Positions 28,747 through 40,269 of a stretch of 62,827 nucleotides of DNA are shown here, piece by piece. Below the pieces are notes generated by a model that was not told where the DNA came from, ran no database searches, and saw only the letters and a program-made list of their open reading frames with translations. The stretch is from Priapulus caudatus (taxonomy: Eukaryota). The stretch is from assembly GCF_000485595.1 (NCBI RefSeq), contig NW_014577088.1, forward strand, positions 514,988-577,814. The letters run 5' to 3'. Within the stretch, counting starts at the first letter, position 1; every line of letters begins with the position of its first letter. A program made the translations under genes and the position numbers.

Positions 28747-29077
28747 TCATCGTCCAGCTCCTGCAGTGTTAACGGCGCCACCTGTGTTTCCTGGACCATT
28801 CTGATCCTCTAGATCACATAGTAAGGATGAGCCGCCATTCATGCCACAAGAACGTGTCCTACAGCATAGAATACGAAGATATAATAATATAAGAATGCCA
28901 TAAGAACGTGTCCTTGAGCATAGAATATGTTATAACTATACGATGAGGAGAGGGTGAGAGCAAGACAAGGGACGAGAGAGAATCAAGAGGGAGAGAGCGA
29001 GAATGAGATACAGGATATATAATTTATATATATATATATATATATATATACAGAGAGAGAGAGAGAGNNNNNNNNNN

Positions 29078-29139
<62 letters not shown>

Positions 29140-29965
29140 TCCTGCGACTGAGGTCAAGAGATGGGGGAGAGATAAATCGTTTTTAAGAAAGACAACAAGT
29201 GATATGCCAGAATGCCAGAAGTTGGAAATGAGTTCAAAAGTTGATGTTTTTCAACAAATCGAGTTTATCAAAAAAACTAATGTTTGTACAAATATTCAAC
29301 AAACATGCACACGTACGAACGCAAGCACCCACGCACACATGCACAGCTCTAATAATTGTGATCCTATTCGCATACTATCAGAAAGTGGCAATACATACAT
29401 CCTTATCGAGATTTCCGAGATCTGATGAGTAGCTTCATCTACAATTCTTCTGAGTAGCAGCTGCTGTATCAATAGCTCCTTCAGCTGCCTGTAATGGTAC
29501 GTCTCAATGTATCGTACGTACAGCGTCCTAACTTTGACCATACACATCACTGAATAACAAGCGATGCAAATAGGACTGCAAATAGGACTGCAAAGCTAGG
29601 AGCCCAAACATATACACAGTGTGTGTGTAGGGGATGGGCGGTGAAACATCGATATAGTGATTTTGACTGTGAAATTGTGGCTTATATGATACTAGAGAGA
29701 AAATTAACTAAAAAACATTTAACCTTTAAATGCTCCGAATAAGGTAATCATACCTTTCAAACAATTCCTTGTTTGAATCCTGCGCCTTATATTGCAACAA
29801 TTGCATCAAGTGATGCAGGTCCTCTTGTCTGCTAGCTAGCTGAGCTCTCAGCCCCTTATCCTGCTTGCTCAGCTGCTGTGTAAGTGCCTGCAGCACACTT
29901 GCTCCTTCCATCTGATGCAGGAGTATCGTGAACACAATGGCACAGGACAGAACGAGTGTGCGCAT
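28747..29965 (-). CDS. Secreted calcitonin-like neuropeptide precursor (~137 aa, 3 coding exons)
   Basis: Exons 29965-29754, 29488-29399 and 28858-28747 splice in frame with GT-AG introns. The product has a hydrophobic signal peptide (MRTLVLSCAIVFTILLHQMEG), a helical prodomain, an RMTR cleavage site, then SCGMNGGSSLLCDLEDQNGPGNTGGAVNTAGA (32 aa, two N-terminal Cys) and G-R-stop (amidation signal). The C-x2-N-G-G-x-S-x2-C-D-x2-D ring resembles protostome calcitonin-type peptides (recalled, not searched). Confidence 0.72.
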
Positions 29966-30102
29966 GATGATAACTTACTATAATAACACAGTTTCACATA
30001 ATATTCATCATACACGCGTTAGAATTATCAAACGAGAACAAACTACATAGCCACGTTTAGTGTGTTCCACGAGCAGAATGCACGTACAACGGATGTAGCA
30101 GC

Positions 30103-30110
30103 TTTATATA
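30103..30110 (-). promoter_or_regulatory. Candidate TATA box of the calcitonin-like gene
   Basis: TATATAAA on the minus strand, ~140 bp upstream of the ATG at 29965. Confidence 0.45.
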
Positions 30111-30911
30111 AAACCCGCCTACTTCTAAATACACACAGTCCTGATTTAATCAATTGCAGCATATCATGGTAAATAGGAAAATCAGTGACCAAGAAAAAAC
30201 ATAGACAGGCTACTCTCTCTTTGCTCTCTCTTTCTCACAACGTGCAATTATGTTGGACACCCTTATACCTATGGATGATGCTCCCTAACTATATCTGCAA
30301 ACTACTTATTATTAGACAAGCAAAACCACTGATACATCACTTATGCCACTGTTTGCCAGCTACGTTTGCACTGCAAGATGCAACAGATAACAACAAATTA
30401 TACATGTTTCAATGCGTGCACTTATGATACCTACCTGCAAGATAAGGTGCCATACCGTATTGACAAAACAGTATGAAGGATAGACAAACGTGCACGGGAA
30501 TGTAGTTTATTCCTTCACAGAATGCATTTCATTAAAACGCCTCATATTTAATGTACTAATATGTAGAAGTACAGAGCGATATCTTAACAGTAGCAGTGAT
30601 CAAAAAAGTAATCACCGATGTCTTATTTATGTCACGGTATTTATTTGTATACACATGGAGATTTCCTGTTCTTTCACATAAAAGCACACCACACAACCAC
30701 CAGAGAGTAAAATAGACTGCACCGTAGAGGCTTGGGCTGCTTGGGAAACAAATTGCCAAAGACTCACGTGTCCCACAAAACCTTCACTCACAGTGCAACT
30801 AGAAAACTTTTCAATGACAATAGCAAACAAAATCTCATACCACAATCAGCGTTTTTGTGGATAAGGAACATATTTAATATTTGGCTAGCACAGCTATAGC
30901 AGTTGTGGTTG

Positions 30912-31316
30912 TGTTAGTGATTACACTATTGGTTAACGCGTGTTCAAGTGTTAACTGTCACGATACTATTCGGTACTATATGAGTAATATAGTGTTAGAG
31001 CCAACCGGGAAGGTTCTTAGAATCCAAACTGAAACCGACTTGTTATTCATTATCTGGTTCTGTGTGAACTGGTTGTGTTATCGTGTGGCTTGTTAAATAA
31101 ATGTGTTCTGTTCATTAAAAGATATATAGTTCGTGGTATCCTGAACGCGACATTAACATATAGCTAGTGACGGTGGCTCCTGCGGCCCAGACTGCCGTGT
31201 ATAATCGCTGCACGTGAGGCAGTCGCTCTCTTTACATCATGTAAGCAAGCCACACTGACGTGTGAATAAACTGCTCATAAGTTACTCACAATCTTATACG
31301 TTTCTATAACGCAACA
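30912..31316 (+). mobile_element. 5' LTR (~200 bp after removing a nested solo LTR)
   Basis: TGTT...AACA termini, AATAAA at 31265-31270, immediately followed by a TGG-initiated PBS. Confidence 0.8.
30956..31152. mobile_element. Nested solo LTR (197 bp) inside the 5' LTR
   Basis: TGTCACG...CGCGACA termini, 5-bp TSD TTAAC (30951-30955 and 31153-31157), internal AATAAA. Confidence 0.8.
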
Positions 31317-31334
31317 TGGTGGCAGCGGTGGGAT
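31317..31334 (+). promoter_or_regulatory. Primer-binding site complementary to the tRNA-Leu 3' end
   Basis: TGGTGGCAGCGGTGGGAT directly after the LTR CA end. It is the reverse complement of ATCCCACCGCTGCCA-CCA, a typical eukaryotic tRNA-Leu 3' end. Confidence 0.85.
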
Positions 31335-33430
31335 TGGCTAGGTCAATTAAGCTAGGCCAGGCGTGAACTTTCCCATCTGATTCACCATGCCCCAAAAATC
31401 TCCTGAGTTCGCTGACATTGGTTGGCACAGGCATGTTCCTGACAGCACCAACCTTTTCAGGATCAGCTGTGATGCCATCTGTAGACACTATCTGACCTAA
31501 ACACTTGATGGAGCTCTGGCTAAAGACACACTTGTCTCGGTTCAGAGTGACTCCGGCGTTCTCTAGGCGAGTAAGAGCTCTAGTCAATTTAACACCATGT
31601 TCTGCTTGGTTACGACCAAAAACTATGACGTCATCCATTTGTGAAACTGCCCCCGGAATACGTTCTAGAATCTGAGCTATTCGCTTCGAGAAGTGTTCCG
31701 GAGAGCTGGAGATCCCGAAGGAAAGACGCTTGAAACAGAATCGACCAAATGGAGTGATGAACGTCGTCAGCTTCCTTGACTTCTCTGATAAAGGAATCTG
31801 ATGAAACCCTGCATTAGCATCTACCTTAGAGAATACTTTCGCATTGGCCAGCTGCCCGAGTACATAATCGACTGGCGGTAACATGTCTTTCACGCTGGAC
31901 TGCCACGTTGAGCTTAGTCAGATCCACACACAGGCGAACGTCTCCTGATGGCTTCGGCACAACAACTATAGGAGCACACCAGTCCGCCGGCTCTTCCACC
32001 GACGAAATAACTCCTATTGCCTGCAGTCGGCTGAGCTCTTCTTTCACCCTGGGAAGAAGAGGGAGGGGAATCCTTCGTGGCGCACTGATAGTGTACGGAT
32101 GTACGTCTTCTCGCAGCTTTATCTCGTATGGAGTCTCAAGCTTCCCCAGTCCGGTAAACAAACTTGGAAACTTCTTTTCCACTGAGCCAACAACGGAGAT
32201 GATTCCAAGTTCATGGGAAGCTTTGCCGCTCAACAGATTTGAGGCTTTCTCGAAGATGTAGACTTCCTCTACACACGACTTTTCTTTGAACTTTATCTCA
32301 GCACGGAAACAACCATAGGTATGGATAGGCTTATGATTAGCCCCAAGGATTACTCTAGAGGATGACTCCAGCCTGGTCCCCGGAAACTCACGGTCGAACA
32401 CTTGTCGCAACATTACAGATACATCTGCCCCTGTGTCCACACGAAACTTCACCTCCTTATCACACACAGTGATAGGAAATGTCCACTGTGGGTCGCGACC
32501 TGACTGGTTGCCCACACTTACTTCTCCTAGGAAGACATCAAACTTCACCTCCTTATCACACACAGTGATAGGAAATGTCCACTGTGGGTCGCGACCTGAC
32601 TGGTTGCCCACACTTACTTCTCCTAGGAAGACATCTGACAAAGCGTATGAACAAGACTGTGTAGTTACTTCATTTACTGTCTTGGCCTTCCGACATACCT
32701 TCTCAAAATGCCCTTTGAGTTGGCGTCGCCGGCCGTTTACATTTTTGGCAGGGCATAGAGCGATTATGAGCAGTTTCCACACCACGGACACCTCTTCTGA
32801 CCATACTGTGACGTCGAACGTGCAGACTTCTTCTTGTCATATCGACCTTTGGCATGTACGGCTAAAGCTTCAGCACCGACTACCGTAGTTGATGTCAACT
32901 TTCTTACCTGGTTCTTTACCTGGGCTGACTGACGAGCCAGGTCTGTTGCAAGCTTCAGGGTTAAGTCCTTATTTACTTGCATACGCTCAGAGAGATGCTT
33001 GTCTCGGATGCCAACAACGATTCTGTCCCTAATTAGCTCTTCCTTTAGAGTGCCGTACTCACAATGTTCGGCGAGTGTGTGTAGAGCAGTAATGAAGGAA
33101 TCAATTGGTTCATCCAGACCTTGCACTCTCCCGTTGAATTTAGCTCTTTCAAAGATGTGTTATGGCGGACAATAAAGTATTCCTCGAACTTCTTCTTGAC
33201 ACAATCAAAGTCTTGAGACTCATCACTTGCTTCTGATACAGCAAATGTAAAGGAAGAAAATATCTCGTCTGCCTTCTCTCCCATACAATATGTCAAAGTG
33301 TTCACCTGGTGCTGTGGGGATTTGTTGTCTAACCCTGAGGCTACCTTAAATCGTTCAAACCGCTTTATCCACCTGGTCCATGAGTTAGGCTGAGAGAAAT
33401 CGAACGGCTCTGGTGGTGAAAATTCGCCAT
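31335..33430 (-). pseudogene. Ty3/Gypsy gag-protease-RT fragment, frameshifted, truncated before RNase H/integrase
   Basis: Gag (PPEPFDFSQPNSWTRWIKRFERF; LIRDRIVVGIRD; CPWCG knuckle remnant), protease (FRVDTGADVSV), RT (WCAPIVVVPKPSGDVRLCVDLTKLN; SKVDANAGFHQ; FITPFGRFCF; QMDD; ELRRFLG/MVNQMGKF). Homology stops at ~31335, abutting the + strand PBS. Confidence 0.92.
32444..32637. repeat. 96-bp in-frame tandem duplication in the gag-protease linker
   Basis: DVFLGEVSVGNQSGRDPQWTFPITVCDKEVKF occurs twice; nucleotide period is 96. Confidence 0.9.
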
Positions 33431-33584
33431 AACACTTACAGTATAGTGCTCCCGACACAGACGTGTGCACGTGAATTCGTTGCACGTGTGAATCCCGTTT
33501 TAGCTGGCTTGCACAGTCTTGCCTGTTTACTGGGTCAACCCTGCTGAATTATCTCCAGATAAGAAGATAACTAACAGCTGTTAA

Positions 33585-33598
33585 CACTGCTGCCACCA
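33585..33598 (-). promoter_or_regulatory. Second tRNA-Leu-type PBS heading the inverted gag-pol segment
   Basis: Minus strand TGGTGGCAGCAGTG (13/14 identical to the + strand PBS), ~155 bp upstream of gag. No LTR precedes it; viral sequence does. Confidence 0.78.
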
Positions 33599-33615
33599 AC
33601 AAAGCTACCCACTCC

Positions 33616-33624
33616 TTTTTCTTA
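33616..33624 (-). terminator. Viral L gene-end (stop/polyadenylation) signal
   Basis: TAAGAAAAA 17 nt after the likely L stop. It is not followed by GTAAC, as expected for the last gene. Confidence 0.78.
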
Positions 33625-33641
33625 ATATTTGATTCAATGAT

Positions 33642-36600
33642 TCAGTCAGGCATACTCGTTACACCAACCACGGCCAAAATACGACCAAAAGGGAGCACTC
33701 CGCACACTTGAACGTGCACGAGCACCGCTCCTGTTGCTATACTGTGATCTTCCCGACAGACGGCGGCACTAGCTCAATATACTTATCCAGACAGCATCGA
33801 TGGCCTCTCACATTTGAGACTCTTCAACATACCCATACTCTCTTCTGCGCCCGAAGAACCACCAGTGTTCAATCAAGGGGGAGGACAAACGCCAGTCTTC
33901 AGCCTCTAGCATAAATTCAAAATTAGACTCTTCACAATCCACTTGCCAGCACAAGCGGAATGGTTCCTGCTCGTGTCCGTGTAGGTGGAGAGATATATCT
34001 CTTTGGAAGAAAATTCGATCATCATACGATAACTGGCAAGCTCTTCCGAGACAGAGCTCTTCTAGGAGTCATGATCCTATTATCACGATTATCTCTCTGT
34101 ATTGCCGATACAGGATCATCACTTCCCACTCCCATTCGTGCCCAGGAGGAATCTCTCAGTTTCGGTCCGCGCTCGTATTGATACTTCATCAGCGAGTGCT
34201 CCAGTTCAGTCGAGTCAAAGGATGCAAATCCAAAAAAGGACCTTGAGGAGATGAGTTTCGACAGGCAACTTGTTGAGTAGAGACCCATCTGGGACTCCGA
34301 TAGAGATTATAGCGTCAGCACTCCCCAGCAGGTGCCTATCGCTCTTAGGCCGAACGTGATAGGGCCTTGTGGTTGTCTGGCTCTTGTAATCAATGATACC
34401 ATAGTACCATATGTCATTTCTAATCACAGATCTTTGTGAGTGAATGATGTGGCCCGGGAAGAAGTCACAGCTCCTCCTTATCAGATGCATTCCCTGAGGA
34501 AGTTCCATGTGAGAGTGAGACGAGTTGTCGATGATCAGATCACCCTCAAGGAAGTCTGGTAGTATGTGAGCAATGTTACACTGTAGTGTAAGACCTATGT
34601 TCAAGGCCAATCTGCAGGCATCATTCCTTACGCTCCCCGGATGTAACTCTACACAATACCCTTCTGTATATCTATTCTCGCTTTCTATGACGACGCATAA
34701 CAATCACCTCCATCATCTGCTAAACTAACCACCATCTTTATGCCATCTTTCGCGATCTGGTGAAGGAGCACCAATAGGTCGAATGTTAGAGGGTTACAAG
34801 CTCCTAGAACCCACGATGCTTCTGCCTCTCTTCATGGGGTGGTGTGAGTCTCGGTCTCCTGTCGAATCGCGCGGTATAGCGGTCGCTCATAGTCTGATGT
34901 GCATGCGATCATGCGGAGGCACGTCTGAACAGGCATACCCTCGACGCGCGCCCCACTGACGTAGAATTCCTCTGAGTCCAATACAGTGGGCTCATTACAC
35001 CCCTCGAGTAAAGACTGATCCGTAGATCCGATTGATGATCCTTGCCTGATCGTTGGCTTGCGGCACAAAAGTTCCACTGATGACGTAGTTGTAATGAGTA
35101 TTATATCATTGTCGTACTATCGTGACTGTATAGTGGTCGCGTATATGCTTGGTACTAAACGTCTATCATATGCGTATATAAATTACTCAAAAGTGATCTA
35201 CGTATTTAGAGTACAATCACATCTTTAATAACAATAACCTAAACTAACATATACGCCCATGAACAAGGCAGATTACGTGTACATAGGTGTACGCGGCACA
35301 AAACACAACTTACGATTCTAACGGTCGATAGGATGCTCACACACGCAAAGATATATACGTCTTGTTCTGTCAGAATACCGAGAGGCAGAGGCAGAAGGAC
35401 GCGCACAAAGGCGTGCTCCTTTAAATATCGCGTCCCCTCTATTGTCTTACATTCTGGTCACGCGGGCATATCGACCGCTCTCATTGGCTGACACGTATAG
35501 TGGTCGTCGCGTGTGGGTGGTCAGCGTTTAAACAAAGACTTCTGTCTCCAACTATTTCTTATTCTATCTATATTTGTCTATTACTAGTTATTTGCATATT
35601 TACTTATTAACTCATTTCTCTGCATTACATAGTTGTAGTGCACTAGGTCTGCCCCATGTTTAATTCTGTCAATTAGGATTTGGGCTAGGGATTTCGACGC
35701 AGTGTGGGGACTGTGTGGTAGGATTCCTCCAAAGTATGTCCTAACCTCTGATGCGAATCCGCATTCTACGGTTGAACCGAGTACGGTTGCGAGCATGACA
35801 AGCGGTCCAGCTGATCACCCGACGGTTAGGAGATCTAAGATGTTATTTAGTGTGTCTCCCAGTTCGACCACGAACCAACAGTTGTAGTGCTAGGCTGTGG
35901 ATGAACACATCGAAGGCCATCAAGGTAGTGTCAGTCAAGCTGACAAAGCTTGGCCTTAGGGTTGATGTAGATGACTCTTCATTGACCACTCGTAGCATGC
36001 TGCCCCTCCAAGCTACCAGATGTTCCGCCCATTTCCATGCGATGTAGACAGCTAGGCCCGAATTCACATCCACATGAGCACCTTCTGCTCGAATAGCGCG
36101 TTGTTTCTAGAAAATCAACTAAGTGGCCTAATGGTACCCCAGGATATAGGGGGCTTCTTCCTAGAGTATAAGCATCCTCTAGTACGATCCTTGTGTTGCC
36201 GTCGTCCAACACAGTCAATGCCCATTCCCCGCTTACGTCCTCTCCACATAATTCTCTCAGGGCAAGGAGGTTAATGCCATAAAGGATTACGGTCTGGAAG
36301 CATAAGAATACATCTCTTGTAGACCTCGAGTACTTGATGGCTGTATTTGTCACAATCTTGCAGTGAGAGGAGAAGTTGATTTTTATGAAGGAAATTTATC
36401 ATCAAACCGCCAGCTCCACTCACTTGGTTCAGTCTATGAGCTAAACTCCCTCCTGTTATGTGGTCAGCAGCTGCTTCTAGATCATTCTTGCTGATCGACA
36501 TCTTCTCGGCGAGTAGGATATCCAAAAGTTTCCCGAATTTTTCATCTTCTGTGGAACGCATCCAAGGGCCAATGGTGAGGATCTTCTTGAGGTTGGTTAC

Positions 36601-39600
36601 CATGCTGTCTGTATCCAAAATTTCCCAATTCGATTTCAGTTTTAACTTTAGTGCGTGATCCAGCGTATGGACTCTCCTCTCCCCTGCTCAATGGCTTGAA
36701 GCTCTCCGTATCGACTACGATCAAGATAGAACTCTCTCCATCGCCTAGGTTTTCACTCCACCGGGATAGCCTAGCTTGATGGTTCGGGCATGCGTGTCAC
36801 GCCCACCATAGTCGCTCCCCACGTTTGTTCTCTCAGCCGATCAGCTATTTCAACTATCGGTATGTCTACTGGTCCTTCAAGCACCTCCTCTAAAGTTCGG
36901 ATCCTTTGACCTTCTCTTCTCAGCAGATAGAAATCTATTCCCGTTTTGTCGAAGAGGTCAACTGAATCCTAAAACTCCGACTCTGGGATGATGGTGGTTC
37001 CTGCAAGGCTCGTCCTCACTGATCGCAAATTAGCAAACTTTCCAACGCTCCTGTCAATCAAGGACACATTTGCCAGCCTCATTAAGTAATTCGCAATAAG
37101 CGGGTTGAACGGGGTAATCGTAGCAAGGTCTTTAATCAGTAATCTCTCGCTCTCGGACGATCGGGCTGTGAAGAGAGAAGCCAGCGTTGGGTTAACCACC
37201 TTTCCGGTCTCAAGTAGTGAGTCTCTAACAGCCAGTCTGACCTTTTTTCTGCCTGAATCGGGAGGCTTACGTTGAGGCTATAGGGATCTTTGATCAATAG
37301 CGAGATGTCTCTATTCTCCGAGGGCCTGAGATCAATCAGTTGCGAGATCTCAGCAAAGACCTCGCTGTCCATAGATGAGCAGGTCATGATCGTGCTCAGG
37401 GCACTAGTCAGCGGGTCCATCTAACCTCGATAACAAAAGGAGGAAAACCCAGCCACAGGCTAGCCTCCCAGTTGTCGAGGGATAAGGCACAGAGTAGCTA
37501 AAGTCACGGCCGACATTTCATGCCACTCTAACAAGGCACTCGTAGCCTCTATGACAGCTAACACGTAGCACGCAACTGGGTTATGATCATTTCTCGCAAT
37601 TGACATGCCCGATGAAAAATATGACGACAATCGATTTGACAGCGTCCTAATCCCGTTGTTTGACGCTAACCCCATTCTTGATGCCTTCTTTAATGCCGCA
37701 CTAACCTCCGCCCCGCTGAGGTAATATCGCTTAGAATACTCAAATAGTACGGAAGAAAACCACGTCTCCGACCACTTGACCTCCCAACCAAGTTTTACTG
37801 ACTCCTCTACCAACGTGAAGACAAAACTGTCCACAAAGTTCTGCACAGTAATCCTCTTCTGGAGCATCGTCTCTTCAGACGGCACGCGAGCGACGGTGGT
37901 TGTCGCCCTGACCCAGGAGAGCTGCCGCGACATCTGGAATCATAGCGACTTTTGTGATCATAATAATTGTCGCCCATGTCCAACCCTTCTGTCGCAGCCC
38001 CTCCATCCAGTGCCCAACTCCTTTTGTGCTTAGTGTGGTCTCAACTGGCTCGTCGGCAACGTACAGAGGCGGCCAGTAGCAATCTTGAATGACCAGCAGG
38101 CACTCATGAGGGAAGATTTGGGAGTACGCAAACGAGCGCTGCAGCCCAAGCATGCGATCGAGACATCCGAAAAGCGGATCAAGCGCTTGATGGCTCATCC
38201 TCAGGCACCATAGCACAAAGTCCAAACTAAAGAAGATGAACTTCGATGGCCCCTTGGAGAATGGAAAGGTCAGTCGGAAGATGGTGTTGATCAGGAGGAC
38301 CTCGTCCATTGTCATACTCTGACTACGCACGTACGGGAATAGTCCTTCCCCGATGTTTTTCTCCGTTGCTACCTGGACTAGTCGCATGTTATACGTCAAT
38401 TTGCAGAAACCTAGTGCCTTCTCAATCTTGGGCTCCCTCTCCTTAAATACGGCTGTCAGGATCTTGTCGCTATCAGGAACATCCCGCCTCTCTACAGCTT
38501 CTATCGCATCCTTCACGGAGATCGTATCAGTGAACAGGAAACGAGGGATTACCCTCCGACCAGCCTCCCCTGATCTTCTAGGTGGCGGTTTTCCATAGTA
38601 CGCTCGGTACGCACTCGCATCATAATTCTGTATAGAATTCTTCCTCCCTGTGCTGATCGCCTTATCGGCTAGCAGGTCCGATGCCTCTATGAAGTAATCA
38701 AATGACAAGCATTTGGTTACAACAATATGCTGGAAGTCGAGCGCATCCCAACCCCGTCTACCTGGCTCGTTCCATCGGCGAGAGGTGATGCTGTCTCTAA
38801 TATCGTCGCGGATGGGGCCAGTTAAATTGGTTAACCAATTAACCGCTTAAATGGCAGGTGGTCACCCCTTGTTTCTATGGAAAAACTCCTTACAAAACAT
38901 GTAAGTCGCCATGTAGCCCCCCCCCAAAGCTGCTAAAGTGTCCACTATTACTGGTTTCTTAATGTCTTCCATGAGAGCTTTTGCTGATTTCTCGGTGTCA
39001 ATGACCGGGAAACCGAAGGATTTCCATAGGCCCCCTATCTCAAGTCGCATCTGGCCTTGCCAGGTTGTCCTCACTGGACTGAGCATGTATTGACACAACC
39101 TAGAGTTGGCAAAGTTGCGAGTCTCCTCTTCCATTGCGTTAACAAACTCGTTCTTGACTACCCTCTCGACGTCACGAAGTATAGCAGCAATGGCCAAGGT
39201 GGGCACTAATTTGATCACGTTGTGAATGTTGTTCCCGTACATCTCCAGATCGTCCAATCCTGCAGCGAGGAATTCAGCTACTTCTTGATGTAGAGATATG
39301 CCTGGGTATTTTTGGCATTTGTCGCTGATGATCGCCTATTGTAGTGAAGAGTAGAACGATAATACACAGAATTGAGCACTCAGCCATAACTGGTAGGTGC
39401 CAAAGATCTTTCTCATCCCCTCTCTTCGGGCCAGTATGACAACGACAAGCTCGCCGTAGAACTCTACTGTGAGAGCTGTGGGAGGTGAAGCTAGAGCGAC
39501 TCTCGGTACTATTTCCACATCTTTTATAAGCTTTCGCAAAGAAGATCTTCCAACTGAACCAGCGCTGCATCTCAGGGCTAATGAGGTCGTCAGGTCTTAA

Positions 39601-39912
39601 AGACGGCACATGGGTGGCTCCACTCAGCCGCATCCAGTCAACACACCCAATCGCAAGACACCGACAAGCGGCAATAATGGGCTGTACTACGCTTGGCCGG
39701 CCTTTGTGCGAGAAGGCCTCATTTGTGCTCATGAACCCAACTAGATCCCGCTGGAAGTGCCTGATGTCGTAACTTCGAACAAGTTCCAAGTTGGTAGAAA
39801 TGAGTTCTCGGTGTTCCTTCCGTAAGCTTCTAGGACTATCTGAGAAACGTTGAATGAACTCAACCTCTCCATCGAGGATTGGTGAAGCAAGGTGTCGGTC
39901 GCATCGAAACAT
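33642..39912 (-). pseudogene. Mononegavirales L protein (RdRp-PRNTase-MTase), apparently full length (~1900 codons), multiply frameshifted and interrupted by a solo LTR
   Basis: Motifs in canonical order: N-terminal DRHLASPI; LWKSFGFPVID (GHP-type); SDLLADKAIS; KEREPK..FCKLT..FPYVRSQSMTM; motif A SLDFVLWC; motif B MEGLRQKGWT; motif C LLGQGDN (~37900); motif D/E LGWEVKWSETW..FEYSKRYY; IPRQLGG; PRNTase PYAGSRT and GGSLAHR; MTase-like VVSLADDGG. Likely terminal stop at 33642-33644. Confidence 0.93.
35090..35629. mobile_element. Solo LTR (540 bp) inserted in the viral L gene
   Basis: TGTAATG...CATTACA inverted termini and 4-bp TSD TAGT (35086-35089, 35630-35633). Removing it restores the L frame (..GADLVHYNYVISGTFVPQ..). 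Confidence 0.88.
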
Positions 39913-40063
39913 CGCATTTGAGCAAGTTCTATGTGCGTGAAATCGCTCTTTATCCCTATGCTCGTTCGTCGAGCTCTATATCGATCGGTGAAGGCTTTAG
40001 AGTCCTCTATCTAAGCGTTCTCTGGGGCTTAATTATCTCGAGAGAACGCTATATCTTATAATA

Positions 40064-40077
40064 GTTACTTTTTCTTA
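40064..40077 (-). terminator. Viral gene-end / gene-start junction preceding L
   Basis: TAAGAAAAA-GT-AAC, same consensus as 40584-40598. Confidence 0.8.
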
Positions 40078-40269
40078 ATTCCATTAGTCGTGATTGGAGG
40101 AGATGTCTTTCAGATCCTAGTAGCTTTGTCTCTCTCTCTCGTGCTTGGAAGGATGATGTTGGGTAGATTCTACATCTTTCTCTTCGCCGATGATCGGGTT
40201 TGTCTTGTTGGTGATAAGGACTGGCTTGGTAGGACTACCCTATCGCGAGTGAATCGTACCACTGGAGAT

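Noticed and set aside
33642..39912. Domesticated, functional viral polymerase
   Set aside because: Many frameshifts and stops plus a solo-LTR insertion. Some indels may be sequencing errors, but the insertion alone disrupts it.
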